Below, in pieces: positions 34,314 through 48,066 of a DNA stretch of 64,000 bases. The stretch covers positions 1 to 64,000 of the forward strand of contig MCFE01000449.1 of the NCBI GenBank assembly GCA_002104905.1, written 5' to 3'. Made by a program: the position numbers and the translations under genes. The first letter of the stretch is position 1. Each line of letters begins with the position of its first letter. The notes beneath the pieces are model-generated. The model ran no database searches. It was not told where the DNA came from and was given only the letters and a program-made list of their open reading frames with translations. This DNA is from Basidiobolus meristosporus CBS 931.73 (lineage: Eukaryota > Fungi > Basidiobolomycota).

Positions 34314-37300
34314 GATATATGTGGATGAATCTTGGACAACTTGGTGTTCAGTGGTCTATGTCGCTCAATTTAAAGTTTTTCGATTGCTGGCGTGCAGCAG
34401 ACCATCACCCTATCAAGGAAGGGGATTCAATCAGGTTGATCGCACTCTAACCTCTGTAATGACTCATTCCAATCATTAGCACTTCTCGAACCTTATTATC
34501 ATCATTACCTACTAACACCACAATGCACGAGATGTGCTCGATATAACACGAATCTTCTTTGCCAGCCTCAATTCTATCCACGCATCAGGATCCACGAAGT
34601 CAACCAGAAGCAGTCCATCCACTATGTGATCCAATGAATAAATCAGTTCAACCCTACTCTAGCTACCGAATCATGATTCCGTTCAGATGCTTGGCCGTTC
34701 ATGCTGATCCCACCAACCACGCTTCACGGATAGCACTCAAGGCCAATTAGAAATTTTTCCTGCAGAAACTTGCACTCGAATCGCCTCGGTGTTGCGGTGT
34801 CCAATCCATATGAAACCAATATAACACGTCAATCGCGTTCCTTGCCATATTGCAACCAAGCTCAAGAGAGTATCTGTGACTTGGATTAATGTACCAACAA
34901 TGTATGCTTCATGTAGCGACACTAGAGAAGTTCCAAGGAATTCGCGCTGCTGTTTGTGGTGTGAGTCCGGGCCAATCTCCGAAATGAAACCCTTCATTAG
35001 ATCCAATGACCAGGTGGATGTCGATTGTTTATCCACTCGAGTCCAATCATCAATTATTTTGATCCGCTAATCCACCTTTATCTGCCACTCGTCTGATGCA
35101 ATGCCGCTTTTAAACATGTCTTGATCATGGACTTCATGACGACATGTGAGACTCTGTGGGCCAAAGGTGAGAGTCGGTTATTGTGAATCAGTACGCTCTT
35201 CGACGATTGACATACCTTCTTCAGCCATATCGATGGCTATAAACGTTGGATTACCTGTTTGTTCAAAGATGGTCAAGAAATTCATGCGAAGTAGCACCAA
35301 CCTCAATAGGAAAAACCTGTGCATAGCACCTCACCAATATAGATGATCACCACTGCTTCCAAAGAACCTTTCATTGCTATATCGGTTGAGGTTGAGGCAA
35401 ATTCCGGATGGTTGTGTAACATGTACCTTGCTGATAGAGGGTGGATCTTTAGGTTGAGTTGCTCCAATGAAACCCTGGGATTGGGCAATCCTCATGTTCC
35501 CATCACATTCGCGGAGTCTGGATAGAGCAAACGTTCTGACGATACTCCCCTTCTGGTTTATCCGCTGGAAGGTTCCTGTCTCTGTTCCTGCTCGGCCAGT
35601 GCACTGACACAGGATGGGTACTGGGACGGTGCGTTTCACGCTGGCCAGACCAAGGGGTTTATTTGATTTCCCTCTCCGCACAACATCGTCGCGAGTCCAC
35701 CTGGCAATTCCATTTTCCAATCATCTAGGGAGAATCACATGGTTAAACAAGATACGCAACAGGGTCGGTTCGCCGGATAAGGCAAGCTCGGACTGCATTG
35801 TTTCTACATGGCCAGAAAGGACTCGACCACTTACTTAAGCGGGTCAATCCTAACCATTTCCGCTGGGTGCTTACCGAGTAACGTGACCAGATCGAATGTG
35901 GCCAGGAGGTTGGCATATTGATATGAGAAGATGGGATTGATAGGTCGCATCCGAAACAAGCATCCATGTTAGCTCATCACGTTAGGGGCACGGGGCCCAA
36001 TCGTAAAGTGCTCACCGAACATCCTCCAGCCAGATTTGGAAGTCAGGCAACACAAATATCGCGAACATGGCACTCAGGGCATAGGGCTAAGCATGTATCA
36101 AATGGGTTTTAGTGGCACCAACGATTAGCGTGTGTGGGACTTGAACATACACAGCACCCAATTTCTCAAGGCTGATCTCGAGACGGGCCTCTATTCCGTA
36201 ACACTTTGCTCCCATCCTGGTATTGGCCCACTTGTGGCACATCTTGGATCATCGTATCTGGGAACACCCCTGCATTCTCCGTCAGCGCCACGCCAATCCA
36301 TTGATTTTCAAAGGCCAAGGGAAATCAGTGGTAGTCATGTGGAAATCCCACTAGCTAGAGACTGCACAAACTGCTATCACATCGTCCATTTCCTTGGAGG
36401 TCCTGACAATCCTGAGATCGGAGATACCCACAGGATGGCAGTAGCTTTTCCACAATTTCAATCGAGCCAGTCCTGTTCACTTTTGTTATCTAATTACTGC
36501 ATCGGGACTGCCTCAAGAGCTCCTCCCAGCCGCGAACAGAGTGCTCGCATTGGTTCTCTGCAGACGAGTACGGATGGACCAAGCAGTATCTCACTGATCA
36601 CCAGCCAAGAACTACACCAGCCGGATTCAATGTGCTATAGAATTCCTTCCTGTCACCACGGCTTTCGAGTTGTCGTTTTGTAGGTACTACATGGTGTCAC
36701 GGATCATAAAACCTTACTTTGACCACGGATCCTGTTTTGTTCGGGCGTTGATTGGCTCAGATAACCGGTTGTCAGTAATTCGTGCATACAATGTCTGGTG
36801 GGCTCTGTCCAGAATCCACATCAACCACACAATGAACAGGGAGGCGTGGACATTGGCCTTCCTCTGAATACATCTGATACAGCTGTCCATTGGGTTATTG
36901 AGCATGATTATTCCAGCAGCCACTCTTGTGTGTAATCCGGGACTTGGCCATTGCGCCAGGTTAATAACCAAAGGCTACATTGTATCGAAGCTAGGGTCGC
37001 AAAACTAGGGACTGGTTTGTCCTATTTGCGGAAGAGATTATTCTGTTTGTAAAGCTAGCCTACAATTGCTTGCTCATCGTCTGGCGAAAACCGTATCTAC
37101 AATTGACATTAGATTAGCCTAAAGCCGGATTTGGATATCTTGGGCACTGATATAGAATTTCACCCTTCCTAACAGCTGCGATCAGATCATAGATATGGTG
37201 GAATTGGTTCGAATTGCTCCTGTTCATTAATATGGTAGACAAATACCAAGGGCTTCTAAAACCATAGCTCGATCCGTTTTTGGATTCTCCCGACCAAGCT

Positions 37301-37888
37301 ACTTGGATATTGTGCCTACCGAACTTTGCAAAATCGACATTTGTTTCGAGCGTGATTTTCGTAGCCCTGACATTTCCTGCGATCATTGGTTGCATAACAG
37401 TCCCCATATATTCTGACAATTCGACCACGTACGATGAGATGGCACCAGCTCGATAGAATATTTGGATATCAGATAGATTACCATTTATCTACTTTGACTC
37501 CATGGTGAATTTTGGTTGTGGTGTTTAATGAATTCTTTGGAGATATGGTCTCGATGAAACAGGGCGGTATCTTCTAGATTATCGGGAAGGCAGGGTCTAT
37601 TACTCATTCAGGTAGAGATCACTAATTTGGACAAACCAACATACAAATAATCTAACCGTGGTACACTAATGTCAGCTAACTCACAAATCATTACCAAAGG
37701 CTGAACATGAAATCAATAGAAAGCCAGATCTATTCATGAAGGAGGTGATTTTCATGTGCAAACATGTTCCACTAGAAACAACGTATTTGCCATTCAGCAG
37801 GCATTTTCCTTTTGATGAGCTCCAATCATTTACTTGTAAGCACATGGACCAGTACAAGTACAAGGACTGGAGAAGCTAGCAATGTATG

Positions 37889-39130
37889 TGTTGTAAATTT
37901 TGTATTTACACCTAAATATTCACCTAACTTGGTCACTTAGACCATAGTCTACAAATCCTAGGGAATTCTGGCCAAACTCTTTGTTTGGATTTACTTGAAA
38001 TACTAAAATGTATCTGGGACAAAATATGTTACTACAAAGATGCTCCCAGGAGAATAAATGAAATATCTAATTAACAGAATTACCCTATTGGTGGATGAGA
38101 TGGAATCTGTGGGTGTACAAACTACTGATGAAGATGTGATACCTACCCTCCTGAATTGACTTCAAGACATGTTTTAAGGCCTTCTATCAGCCTTGGAGCT
38201 CAGAACTGAAGATATGATTTAAATTTTATATAAGGAAGGTTCCAGATGAAGATTAGGTAAATCAAACATCCAACAAGAAGGAAGAAGAAAATACTTTAAA
38301 AATAATGATAACCACCAAAGGAGGTAAGCAAGACACTTTAAAGGCAGCAGCCACCTTTCATGCAGCAGCGGTAAATGGGAAGGATACCTGTCAGACTGGT
38401 GCCTCAGGAAGTGATATATGCAGCACAAGGGCATTAATTTGGAAATGCTACAATTACTGCAGAGAATCTATTTATATCTACACTTGGTACAAAAAAATCA
38501 AGAATTTTCCAACATGGTACATTGACTCTGAGTTATATCAACACTTGACACACCAAAGAAACTTTTTACTCAATATCAAGAATATTCAATTAAGAAGGTC
38601 TCATGGGAGTCAGTAGATCACTTGAGCAGTTGCATAGGTGATTACCCAAGTAAACCTCAGAAGTAACAAAGGAAGCAACACACTTGACATCAAAGAAGTG
38701 CTCTATGTACCAGAAATAGCCAAGAATCTATTATTTATCAGCAAGATCACAGCAGAAGAACTCATTGTAGCTGAGACAATTCTGGATGCAAGGTCACTGA
38801 TTAAAATGGCAATCATGTTGCCTCATGTGTCAGAGATCAGACTCTATACAAAGGAGCCTGTGACCCTTAATATCTAGAAGCCTATTTGAGAAAATTAAAT
38901 GAAGTAACACCAATGCTTTCACACAGGAGATTTGGACAATTCAACCATGGAACTTGGGTAAAATGATCAGAAATCAGCTAATTCCCCAAGTGAAAATTGA
39001 TACAGCTAGTTTGGAGACTTATGAAGCCTGAATATTTGGAAGATAAGCCAGTCTGTTGGTCAAGAGTGTTGGATTTGTCAGAGCTAAGAAGAAATTAAAC
39101 CTAACTCACTTGGATCCATCAAGATCCATA
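37889..39130 (+). mobile_element. Copia relic: truncated LTR fused to gag/protease/pre-integrase fragments
   Basis: TGTTGTAAAT...ACCTAACTTGGTCACTTAG LTR start; gag-like TTKMLPGE.MKYLINRI; TWYIDSE; LYVPEIAKNLL. Confidence 0.75.
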
Positions 39131-39224
39131 TAATATTTACTTTCAACAGATAAGGAGCAGGTTTGTTTTGTCCCTACTATCTAATGCTTAAGTGCAACTA
39201 GTATACTGAATTACTGCTGAATGC

Positions 39225-40735
39225 AAACCACATAATCTACTTATTCTCCTAGTTACTTCAAACATCCCACAGTCCCTTCAAACATCTCCAAGACTCTTAC
39301 AACAGGTTATGAACCCTGAGCTGTCACTCACTGTGACATCAACTACTGCTATTACTGGAACTTTTCCCTCTGATGAAAGTAGTATGGATCAGACTACATA
39401 GTATGGAAGGTGAAGATGAAGATGCTGCTACAGGAAAGAGGCCTTTGGGATATTGCTATGGCACAAGAATACCCTCCATAGAATATAGGAGAGGAAGTCT
39501 TAAGGTACCAGAAGAAAGAAGAAAGTGCCTTTAGCTGCATTTGCCTTGATGTGAAAGATAAGTTGCTGATTCCATGCTCAAAATTAAAAGCAGCAAAGAA
39601 TGGCTGGAAGACATAGGGAGACCCCTATCAGTCATGTGCAGCTGCCAAGAAAATGTATCTTGGACAAATACTCCATGCTATAAAGATGCTGCCAGGTGTA
39701 GAAATGAAAAACCCAGTTAACAGAAATACTCTGTTGGTTGATGATATGGAATCTGTGGGTGTACCAGCTACTTATGAAGATGTCATAGTTGCCATCCTGA
39801 TTAGCCTTACAGAGAGGTGTTGGAGCCTTAGAAAGGAAAGGACACACATTAGACAGTGGCCACAAAAAGGGAGATAATCAGCAAAAAAACCTGAATTCAG
39901 AAATTCTGCAACAGCCAAAGATAAGGTATTCATATCAGCACTAACTATGACCACAAACAAGAATCTCAGATAAGGTGTATTAACTTTGGAGCATCTTAAC
40001 ACTTTACACACCAAAAACAACTTTCTACCCAATATCAAGAAATTCCAATTAAGTAGGTTTTCAGGGGTGACAATAGAACACCTGATGAAGTTAGAGAAGA
40101 AACTATCCAAAATAAGCTTCAGAAGCAGTCAAGGAAGCCACACTCTTACTTTCAAAGAAGTACTCTATGTACCAGAAATAGTCAAGAGCCTACTATCTGT
40201 AGCAAGCCCACAGCAGAAGGACTCAGTTTCAGTTTGACAATTCTAGATGCAGGATCACTGATCAATGGTGCCAATATTACTTTAAGTATCAGAGATCAGA
40301 GTCTATACAAGTTGTTTAATAATCCATCATATTTGGGAGCCAATATAAGTAACTTAAGTAAAGAAACACCAATGCTTTGGCACAGGCAATTCAGACACAT
40401 CAATTTCAATTATTTGCAGCAAATGATCAAAGATCAACTATTTTGCAAAGTGCAGATTGATCCCCCAGCTAATTCTGAGCACTGATGGACTGGCATATAT
40501 AGGAAGCATACCAGAAAACTGCACCAGAGCTCTTGGTAAGTCAAAAATTGAAAAAATTGAGTCTAATTCACTCTAATCTATGTGGGCTGATGCAAACTTT
40601 TACCCTGAGGCAGGATGAAGTATTTCATCAATTTTACTGATGATTACACAGTATATATGTGGGTCTACTTCATGGAAAGTAAGGAAGAAGCTCTGTCTAA
40701 GCTCAGGGACCTCAAAGCCATGGTAGAGATGGATC
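39225..40735 (+). mobile_element. Copia relic: LTR 3' end, PBS (39305-39318), gag, protease, pre-integrase and start of integrase
   Basis: ...CTTACAACA then GGTTATGAACCCTG; VWKVKMKMLL; LWHRQFRHINF; MKYFINFTDDYTVYMWVYF. Confidence 0.85.
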
Positions 40736-40739
40736 TCCA

Positions 40740-43035
40740 GGCATTTGATACTGGAATGCTCACTTCTGAGATATTCAAGGGCACTGCTTCAGGCTGAGTC
40801 ATGGTTGTAGAGTCCTCTGAAGTGAAAAAGTTATCATTGTTTTGCTCTGATTAACTTCAGACAATTGGTGCACTTAATATCAGATTTTTGTCATCATTTG
40901 ATGTCAATTTTTGTGAAATTTTCAATTTTCATCTGACAACACATCCCTGGACTTGATAAGCCTCTTTGCTTTGGTACTGTAGAGTCTGTATGCTTTACTC
41001 TCATTGCAGTAGCCCATAATTTGCATTGTACACTTTTTGGCTCAAATATTTATTGATTTATGGGCAGTTTCTTGGCATATGCTGTACAACCATATATTTT
41101 TAGATGTTCTGCACTTGGTCTGTATTCATACCATGCTATAAATGGAGTAGAATTACCAAGTATTCTGTTATAGTTCCTATATTTAAGGTATACAGCTGTG
41201 GCAGCTGATTCTGCCCATAAACCATGGGATAATTTTTGATCATGTATTGTAGATTTTGCCATATCAATTATTGGTATGTTAGCATGTTCTGCTACTCCAA
41301 TTTGCTGTGGGGAGTATGGTACAGTAGTCTTGTGCCTTATCCCATCAACTTTGCAGAAGTGGATGTAGATTTTTGAGGTATATTCTCCACCATTGTCAGT
41401 GCATATTTTCTTGATTTTTGCACCAATTTCTCTCTGTACCACAGCTTTAAGCTCCCTGAGCTTAGACAGTGCTTCTTGCTTTCTCTGCATGAAGTAAACC
41501 CACATGTATCTTATACAATCATCAATAAAAGTGATTAAATGCTTCATCCTACCTGAGGATAATTTTTGCATAGGTCCACACAGATCTGAGTGAATTAGAT
41601 CTAATTTTATCTTAGTTCTGATCAACCCAGAGCTCTTGAATGGCTGTCTGGCTTGTTTCCCATATATGCAGGCTTCATAGTGCTCCAAATTAGCTGGGGG
41701 ATCAACTTTTACTCAGGAAATTAGCTGATCTTTGATCATTTTGCACATATAATCAAAACTGATGCGCCCAAATCTCCTGTGCCAAATCATTGGTGTTTCT
41801 TTGTTTTAGCTACTTATATTGACTTCCAGATATGATGGAATATACATCAACCTGGGCAGATTCTGATCTCTGATACCCAAAGCAATATGGGCACCATGTT
41901 GACCAGTAACCTTGCATCCAGAATTGTCAATGCGGAAGTTGAGTCCTTCTGCTGTGGCCTTGCTTACAGATAACAGGCTCTTGGCTATTTCTGGTACATA
42001 GAGTACTTGTTTAAAGTTCAGTATATGGCTTCCTGCACTGCTTCTAAGGCTTACTTGGAAAATTGATTCTCCCACTGCATCTAGTGTTATATTTTCATCC
42101 ATGAGTACTTCTTGATGGGAATTTCTAGATATTAGGTAAAAAGTTCTTTTTGGTGTGTATTGTGTTGAGATGCTCCAGAGTCAATATACCACGTATGAGA
42201 GTCCTTGTATGTGGTCATATTTAGTGCGGTGATGAATAGTCTATCCTCAGTTGTTGTAGCATTTCCATATTCAGGTTTCTTTTGCTGAGTATCCCACTTA
42301 TTGAGACACCAGTCTGATGTGTCATTTCCTTTTGCAGTAGTTGCAAAACAGGTTGCTGTTGCATTAGTAAGGTCTTGAGTACCTTCTTTGTTAGTTATCA
42401 TTGCTTATTAAAGCATTTTCTTCTTTCTTCTTATTGGTGCTTGATTTTCTTAATTCTTCATCCATGAGCCTTCCATATATAAAATTGCAGGTCAAATCTT
42501 CAGCTCTGTACTCTCAGCTGATACAAGGCCTTGATACTAGACAGTCAAGCTATTCAGGATAGTTACTGTCACATCCTCATTAGTAGTTGGTACACACACA
42601 GATTCCATCTCATACACCAGCAGGTTAATTCTGTTAATTAGATTTTCATTTCTTCTCCTGGCAGCATCATTGTGGTAGAGAATTCTTGCCTCAGATACAT
42701 TATCTTAGCAGCTGACCATGACTGGTTGGTGTCTTCTAATGCCTTCAAGGCATTCTTTACCATTTTTGCTCTTGAGCATTAAATTAGCAATTTGTCTTTG
42801 ACATTAATGCAAATGCAGTTAAAGGCACTTTGCTCTTTCTTCTTGTACTTTAAGGCTTCCTCTCACACATTTTTAGGAGGGGATTTTTCTCCCATGACAA
42901 CATCCTAAAGCCTCTTTCTTGTGGCAGCATCTTCATCTTCACCTTCCACACTTGGTAGTTAGATCCATCTAACTTTTCAGCAGAGGGAAAAATTCCGGTA
43001 TTAGCCATAGAAGACATTGCAGAAAGTGACTGTTG
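40740..43035 (-). mobile_element. Copia relic in opposite orientation (gag to integrase/SH3), converging on the previous copy
   Basis: ORF 41050-41688 encodes the integrase core: DLIHSDLCGPM...FIDD..RY.WVY...DNGGEY...PYSPQQ.GVAE. ORFs 41806-42102 and 42132-42401 are protease/gag (WYIDSGASQH). Confidence 0.9.
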
Positions 43036-43735
43036 TGCATTAAGATTTATGAATTAGCCAATTTCACTCCTTTAGAAAATCTAGTACCCTAGCAGATTTT
43101 CCCTAACCCAAACATAACTAATCCATATTATGGTTTATTTTATCACTTCTCAGAATCTCTTTTAGCTGTCACACCTGATCAATTTTCAAGTGGTCATTAT
43201 GTCCTCAACTGACCTGCAAAGCCTCTCCAAAGGATTAGTCATCTGAGATCTATCTAACCACTTAGCGGTTGCCAAGACATCAGCTGATTAATGATGCAAT
43301 TTTTCATTTATCTTATGCACCTATCAACACCCCAACAGATTTCAATTAGTCCAGTCTCTTGCGCTTACTAATTTAACTTGATCAGAAAAATATAAATAAA
43401 GACTACTGAACCTTTTGGTTTAGTGTGTGTCTTGACAAAATTGATATTGTGCCTCAGCAAAATTAAGAATTCAAAACTCTGTTCTAGTTTCCACCCAAGC
43501 CTAGCATATCTAGCATCCCTAAGAACACCAAGCCTAGCCAGTATAGCAAACCAACTCTGTTGCCTTTATAGCCCAACTCAACTCTATACAAAACCAATAT
43601 TAGGCCAGAACATCTCTGCTAATATTTCAGTCACCCTTGACAATTCTAAGATTCTGCACTTAGTTGTCACTTGGGTTCAGTTAACTCATTCATGAGTTTT
43701 ATTACACTTTTATCTTGGATACAACAGTGACAGCT

Positions 43736-44474
43736 TGCGGCTCATATCCTGGTGTAAGAGCCTTGGAGATATTAGAAGTGATTGAGAGGATAAGTAGATT
43801 ATGTGGTTTTCACATAATGATATATTGAATGTAAGAGTAGTATTTGTGGGTTATTACTGACTGTACTTGGTGAGCAGGAGAGCTTGTAGGTCAAGTCAGT
43901 ACCACTTGGCTCAGAATAGCTTCTGATAGAAGGTAGCAAGGTAATAAAGACTTGTGTTTATTCCATCCAAATCTTGTTATTCTCTGACTTGGTTCAATTG
44001 GGTAAATATATATCACTTGGAGGGGCTTAGATAATAGACAATGTGTTAGAAACTAGGAGTGTGAACACCCTCCTTTTATAGTAAGTGTTGTAATTAGATA
44101 AGGGCAGCAACAGGAGGGAGCACAAGTGGGGGACTCATAGGGAGGATACTGGGGGACTTTGGGTAGGGCTCTGGGGAGAACTCTTGGGCAAAGCGGGTAC
44201 CACATTTAGTACTCACAGTATTTATACTTTTACATGGTCTTGGCATTACAAACATAGAATAGGTTAAGGAAGATCCCAAGAACATATGTGCAAAGTTTGG
44301 GGCTATTTAGCCAACTTTGAGAATTTTCATGTCCTGGGTACCTGGCATTTTGGTAAAAGTATTCTAAGTAAATCCCAACAAGGAATTTGGTCAGTATTCT
44401 CTAGAATCTGAAGGTAATGAGCTAAGTGACTAAGTTCAGTGGATATTTTGGTGGAATTACAAATTTTTACAACA
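43736..44474 (-). mobile_element. Copia-family LTR (44474-43750) with a degenerate PBS (GGATATGAGCCGCA), interrupted by a ~371-bp insert (43846-44216) flanked by AGTATTT direct repeats
   Basis: The reverse complement starts TGTTGTAAAAATTTGTAATTCCACC and ends ...CTCTTACACCA. AGTATTT occurs at 43839-43845 and 44217-44223. Confidence 0.65.
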
Positions 44475-45084
44475 AGTAATACTCATAAAATGGAGGATAT
44501 TAATGGAGTTACTTTTAAGTGCAAGGTTGGGCATAATGCTAGTGGTAGGTATGGGACTTGCATAGGTCAGTGCAATTGGTGTACTGAATAGACGCAAGGC
44601 AGGAGAGTAGGGCTAGGCAAGGCAGGACCAGGAAGGACTTAGATGAGGATCAACAAGGCAAGGCAGTTTATTCAAGACCTGTGTTTATCAGACTGAGGAA
44701 TACATAAGGGGGGATAGGACTATATATACTTTTTGGCAATATGGATGCCAAGATATTGGCTAATACTGATGGGGTTCTGGGGTGAGGCACAGTAAGTGTG
44801 CTGCAATAGAATATACTAAAGAACAGACTGGAATATCAGATGGAGATATGTCAGGGGTCAGCTAATCATGCGACTAGGTCATATGGCATGTAGTTACCAT
44901 TTATGGCATGGGACTACATAAACTCAAATGGGAAGCTTCCATAGAATGTTCCATAGTGTAACATTGACTTGGAGCTTTCAAGAGGTTGCTAGAATGTAGT
45001 AGAACTTTCTAAAAGGAACTGGGATTTCTTCACTGACTTGATTTGGCTAGATAATTGGAGACCAGGGATGTCATGTGATCATAA

Positions 45085-45452
45085 CAATTGGCTACTCAGT
45101 TACAACTGAAGTTTCAATAGAAATAAATCAATTGGTATACCTTCAAAGTAGGAGTATTGGCTAAGTCAGGAAGTAAGGATTGCAAAAAACAAACAATAGC
45201 CAATCAAAGTACACAAAGTTAGGAGGTGATTGAGTGTCTGGGACCAAAAAGTGAGAGAACTGGTAGCTAACCACTCAAAAGTCATTTTTGTATTGTTTTA
45301 ATGAAACATCTCAACTAAGTTTTTTTGCAAAATCTGGGATGGAATTATTTACTCTCTTTGCATGGCGTCTTAATGGGATCAATATATCTTAGTTATAGGA
45401 TTTACACTTGTGATAGCCTTTTGGCAAGATCATCACAAATATCTTCACAGGG
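45085..45452 (+). mobile_element. Right-end fragment of the same CMC family
   Basis: Homologous to ~6760-7114 (CAGGAAGTAAGGA..., GTGTCTGGGA..., TGTGATAGCC..GATCATCACA...CACAGGG). Confidence 0.75.
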
Positions 45453-46470
45453 CAAGATAGTCAAGGACACATAAAATTATGTAGAAATCCCACTTTTCTT
45501 GCTAGAACTAAGCTCAAAGATATTGGACATTGTTGCATATGTGAGGCTATAGAGAAAAACTTAGTTAAGTTAGTTTACTGTCCTATGGATGAAATGATTG
45601 CAGATATGTTTCCAAACATCTAGCAAGAGAAAATTTGAATATCTTAGTACACAATCAGGACCACTCTGTGGAAACATTTAGTTTAGTGGAGCATTGTAAA
45701 AGCTTGTAACTCCACCAAAATATTGATCTAAAACTGGTTCCTTGTTGGGATATACTTGGAATATTTTCACCTAGATATCAGGTACCCAGAACATGAGTAA
45801 TAAATATGTTGTGCAAACAGCCCCAGAATTTGCACATATGTTTTTGGGACCTTCCTGAATATATTTCATGCTTTTGCTATGCCAAGACCATGTAAAAGCT
45901 CAATACTACTTTTATATTCAATAAATAGTCAAGTGAAAACCACATAATCTACTTGTTCTCCCAATCACTTCCAATATTTCTAAGACTTTCACAACAGGTT
46001 ATGAGCCACAAGCTGTTACTCTGTACAATTTCTGCTACTGCTATCACTGGAATTTTTCCCTCTGCTAAAAAGTTGGTTAGTTCTAACTACCAAGTGAGGA
46101 GGGTGAAGATCAAGATGAAGATGCTGCTACAAGAATGAGGCCTTTAGGGTATTGTCATGGGAGAAAAATGCCCTCCTAACAACTTAGGAGATGAATCCTC
46201 AGGGTACCAGAAGGAAGAACAGAGTGCCTTTAATTATGTTTGCCTCAATGTCAAAGACAAATTGCATATTTGATGCTCAAGAGCATAAATGGCAAAGAGT
46301 GCGTGGAAGGTATTAGAGAACACCTACCAGTCATGTTCAGCTGCCAAGAAAATGTATCTTAGACAAAAATTCCTTACAACAAAGATACTGCCAGAAAAGG
46401 AAAAGGAAATACCACATAATCTACTTGTTCTCCCAATCACTTTCAATATTTTCTAGACTCTAACAATGCT
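45453..46470 (+). mobile_element. Copia RNase H tail, LTR (45692-45996), PBS (45997-46010), gag start and further LTR fragments
   Basis: Q/EDxQG.IKLCRNPTF.ARTK...YCPMDEMIAD; family LTR motifs; ACAACA followed by GGTTATGAGCCACA. Confidence 0.8.
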
Positions 46471-48066
46471 TGAGACCCTCCTAAGCATACTTTTCATGCT
46501 TTTGTTTACCATGACCATGCAAAGTATAAATACAGCTTTGATACTGATAGTTAATGCATTGCTAATTAAGAAGATACATACCAAATATGGTCAGATATGG
46601 ACAAAGCTCCACAGGTTCCCAATCAGAACAGATTAGTCTGGTAAGATATCACCCAGGACAAGATATTGCCAGCTTAAGGTAGTAAACATCAAATAATTAC
46701 AAGGTACATCTTCTTGTGTTATATGCTAAATATCCAAATCTGGAACAATCAATGAAAGTATTGTAGGCAACATTGAAGCAGCAAGTCATATGGAAGGAGT
46801 ATCAATTTTGAATCAATGCAAAAACACAGAAACTGATATATCCATGGAATAGGAGAAATCCATTGTCACTGCTGTACACAGAAAGAATAGATCTTGAATT
46901 ACTGAGATACCTGATTATATCTCATTTGTGCTCCACTATTGGGCTATCTGGTATCTTTCTGTAACAGAAAGCTCACTTTGCAATTATACACTAGTGTTGA
47001 TCTTAATAGTGCTTAATTGCAGCCTCACATTTGCCACTTCCTTCAGATCCATGGTGCTGTACCTATTCTCTCACTAGGGATCCAACTAGTACATTTATCA
47101 AATATAAGATACCCACCCTGGAGCCATTGCAGCATGATCTTGAATGTTAGAAGGCAATCCTTTCAGCATATAGTAACTGAATTGCATAAAAGGGATTACA
47201 AGTACTCAGCCATCTTAGGAATGACTATTAGCCTGACCTCTGTCACTATTTCTTGTTCTGTTTGCCATTTCTAAATACATAGCAATGTACATCCAAAGCA
47301 TCCTTCTTAATTAGGGAATAGTCTGAAGTTGTATGTTTATAGTGGCCAAATGATCTTGCCAATCCAAATGTCTTTGTAGAAAATACCAACCTGGATATTT
47401 CTCATATATGCTTAGATAGGTACTCAGAGCATATTGAAATCAGAGACCTCTGTATTAGGAAGAAATTAGCCTGCGTGATAAAATTGCAGCATAGAGTGGT
47501 TGTGTAAAACAGCTGAAAAAGGGCACACCTCCATGTTCTTTATGTGAAAGCCCTGACTAAAGCTATAAAGAGCAAGGAGAACCTAAACAGACAAAACCAG
47601 ACTGCTCCACCATGCTTGAGCTCAGAGATCTTCAATAATGAAGCTATTTGCTTGAAATTTAGGTCAAATATGACTATCTTTGTTAAAGATTGTGGTCAGT
47701 GCTACTAATTATTTAACAAACATCCCAAAATGATAAAACTTGGAATATGGCAGATCTGTAGTAGACCCAATGCAAAGAGTTTAATATGGGTAAACCTAAT
47801 CAATTTCAGCTCACACATTACTGATTTAGCCAAAACTTTCCCTATATATCAACAGTTGCAAGTCCAATGTAAACAGTGTATCAAGTTATCTAGATATTGG
47901 AGAGGCCATAGCATTAGTTACATCATTCACTTAGATTATCATGCAATCCAACTAACGCAATCAACAAAACTTTGAATACTAGCATCCCAATAAGAAATAA
48001 CTGAAATAGCATCATCAAATGTCATGTCAAGAGTTAACTCATTTGAATAAGTGGTGTTGACGCTTT

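Noticed and set aside
36132-36683. 183-aa plus-strand ORF
   Set aside because: GTG start, no family motif and Ser/Pro-rich random-like composition. The region is reported only as unexplained.
46560-48060. CpG-depleted segment with a faint hAT-like phrase (TSWIPSERI)
   Set aside because: Too degenerate to classify by eye. It is probably a TE relic, but no family can be supported.
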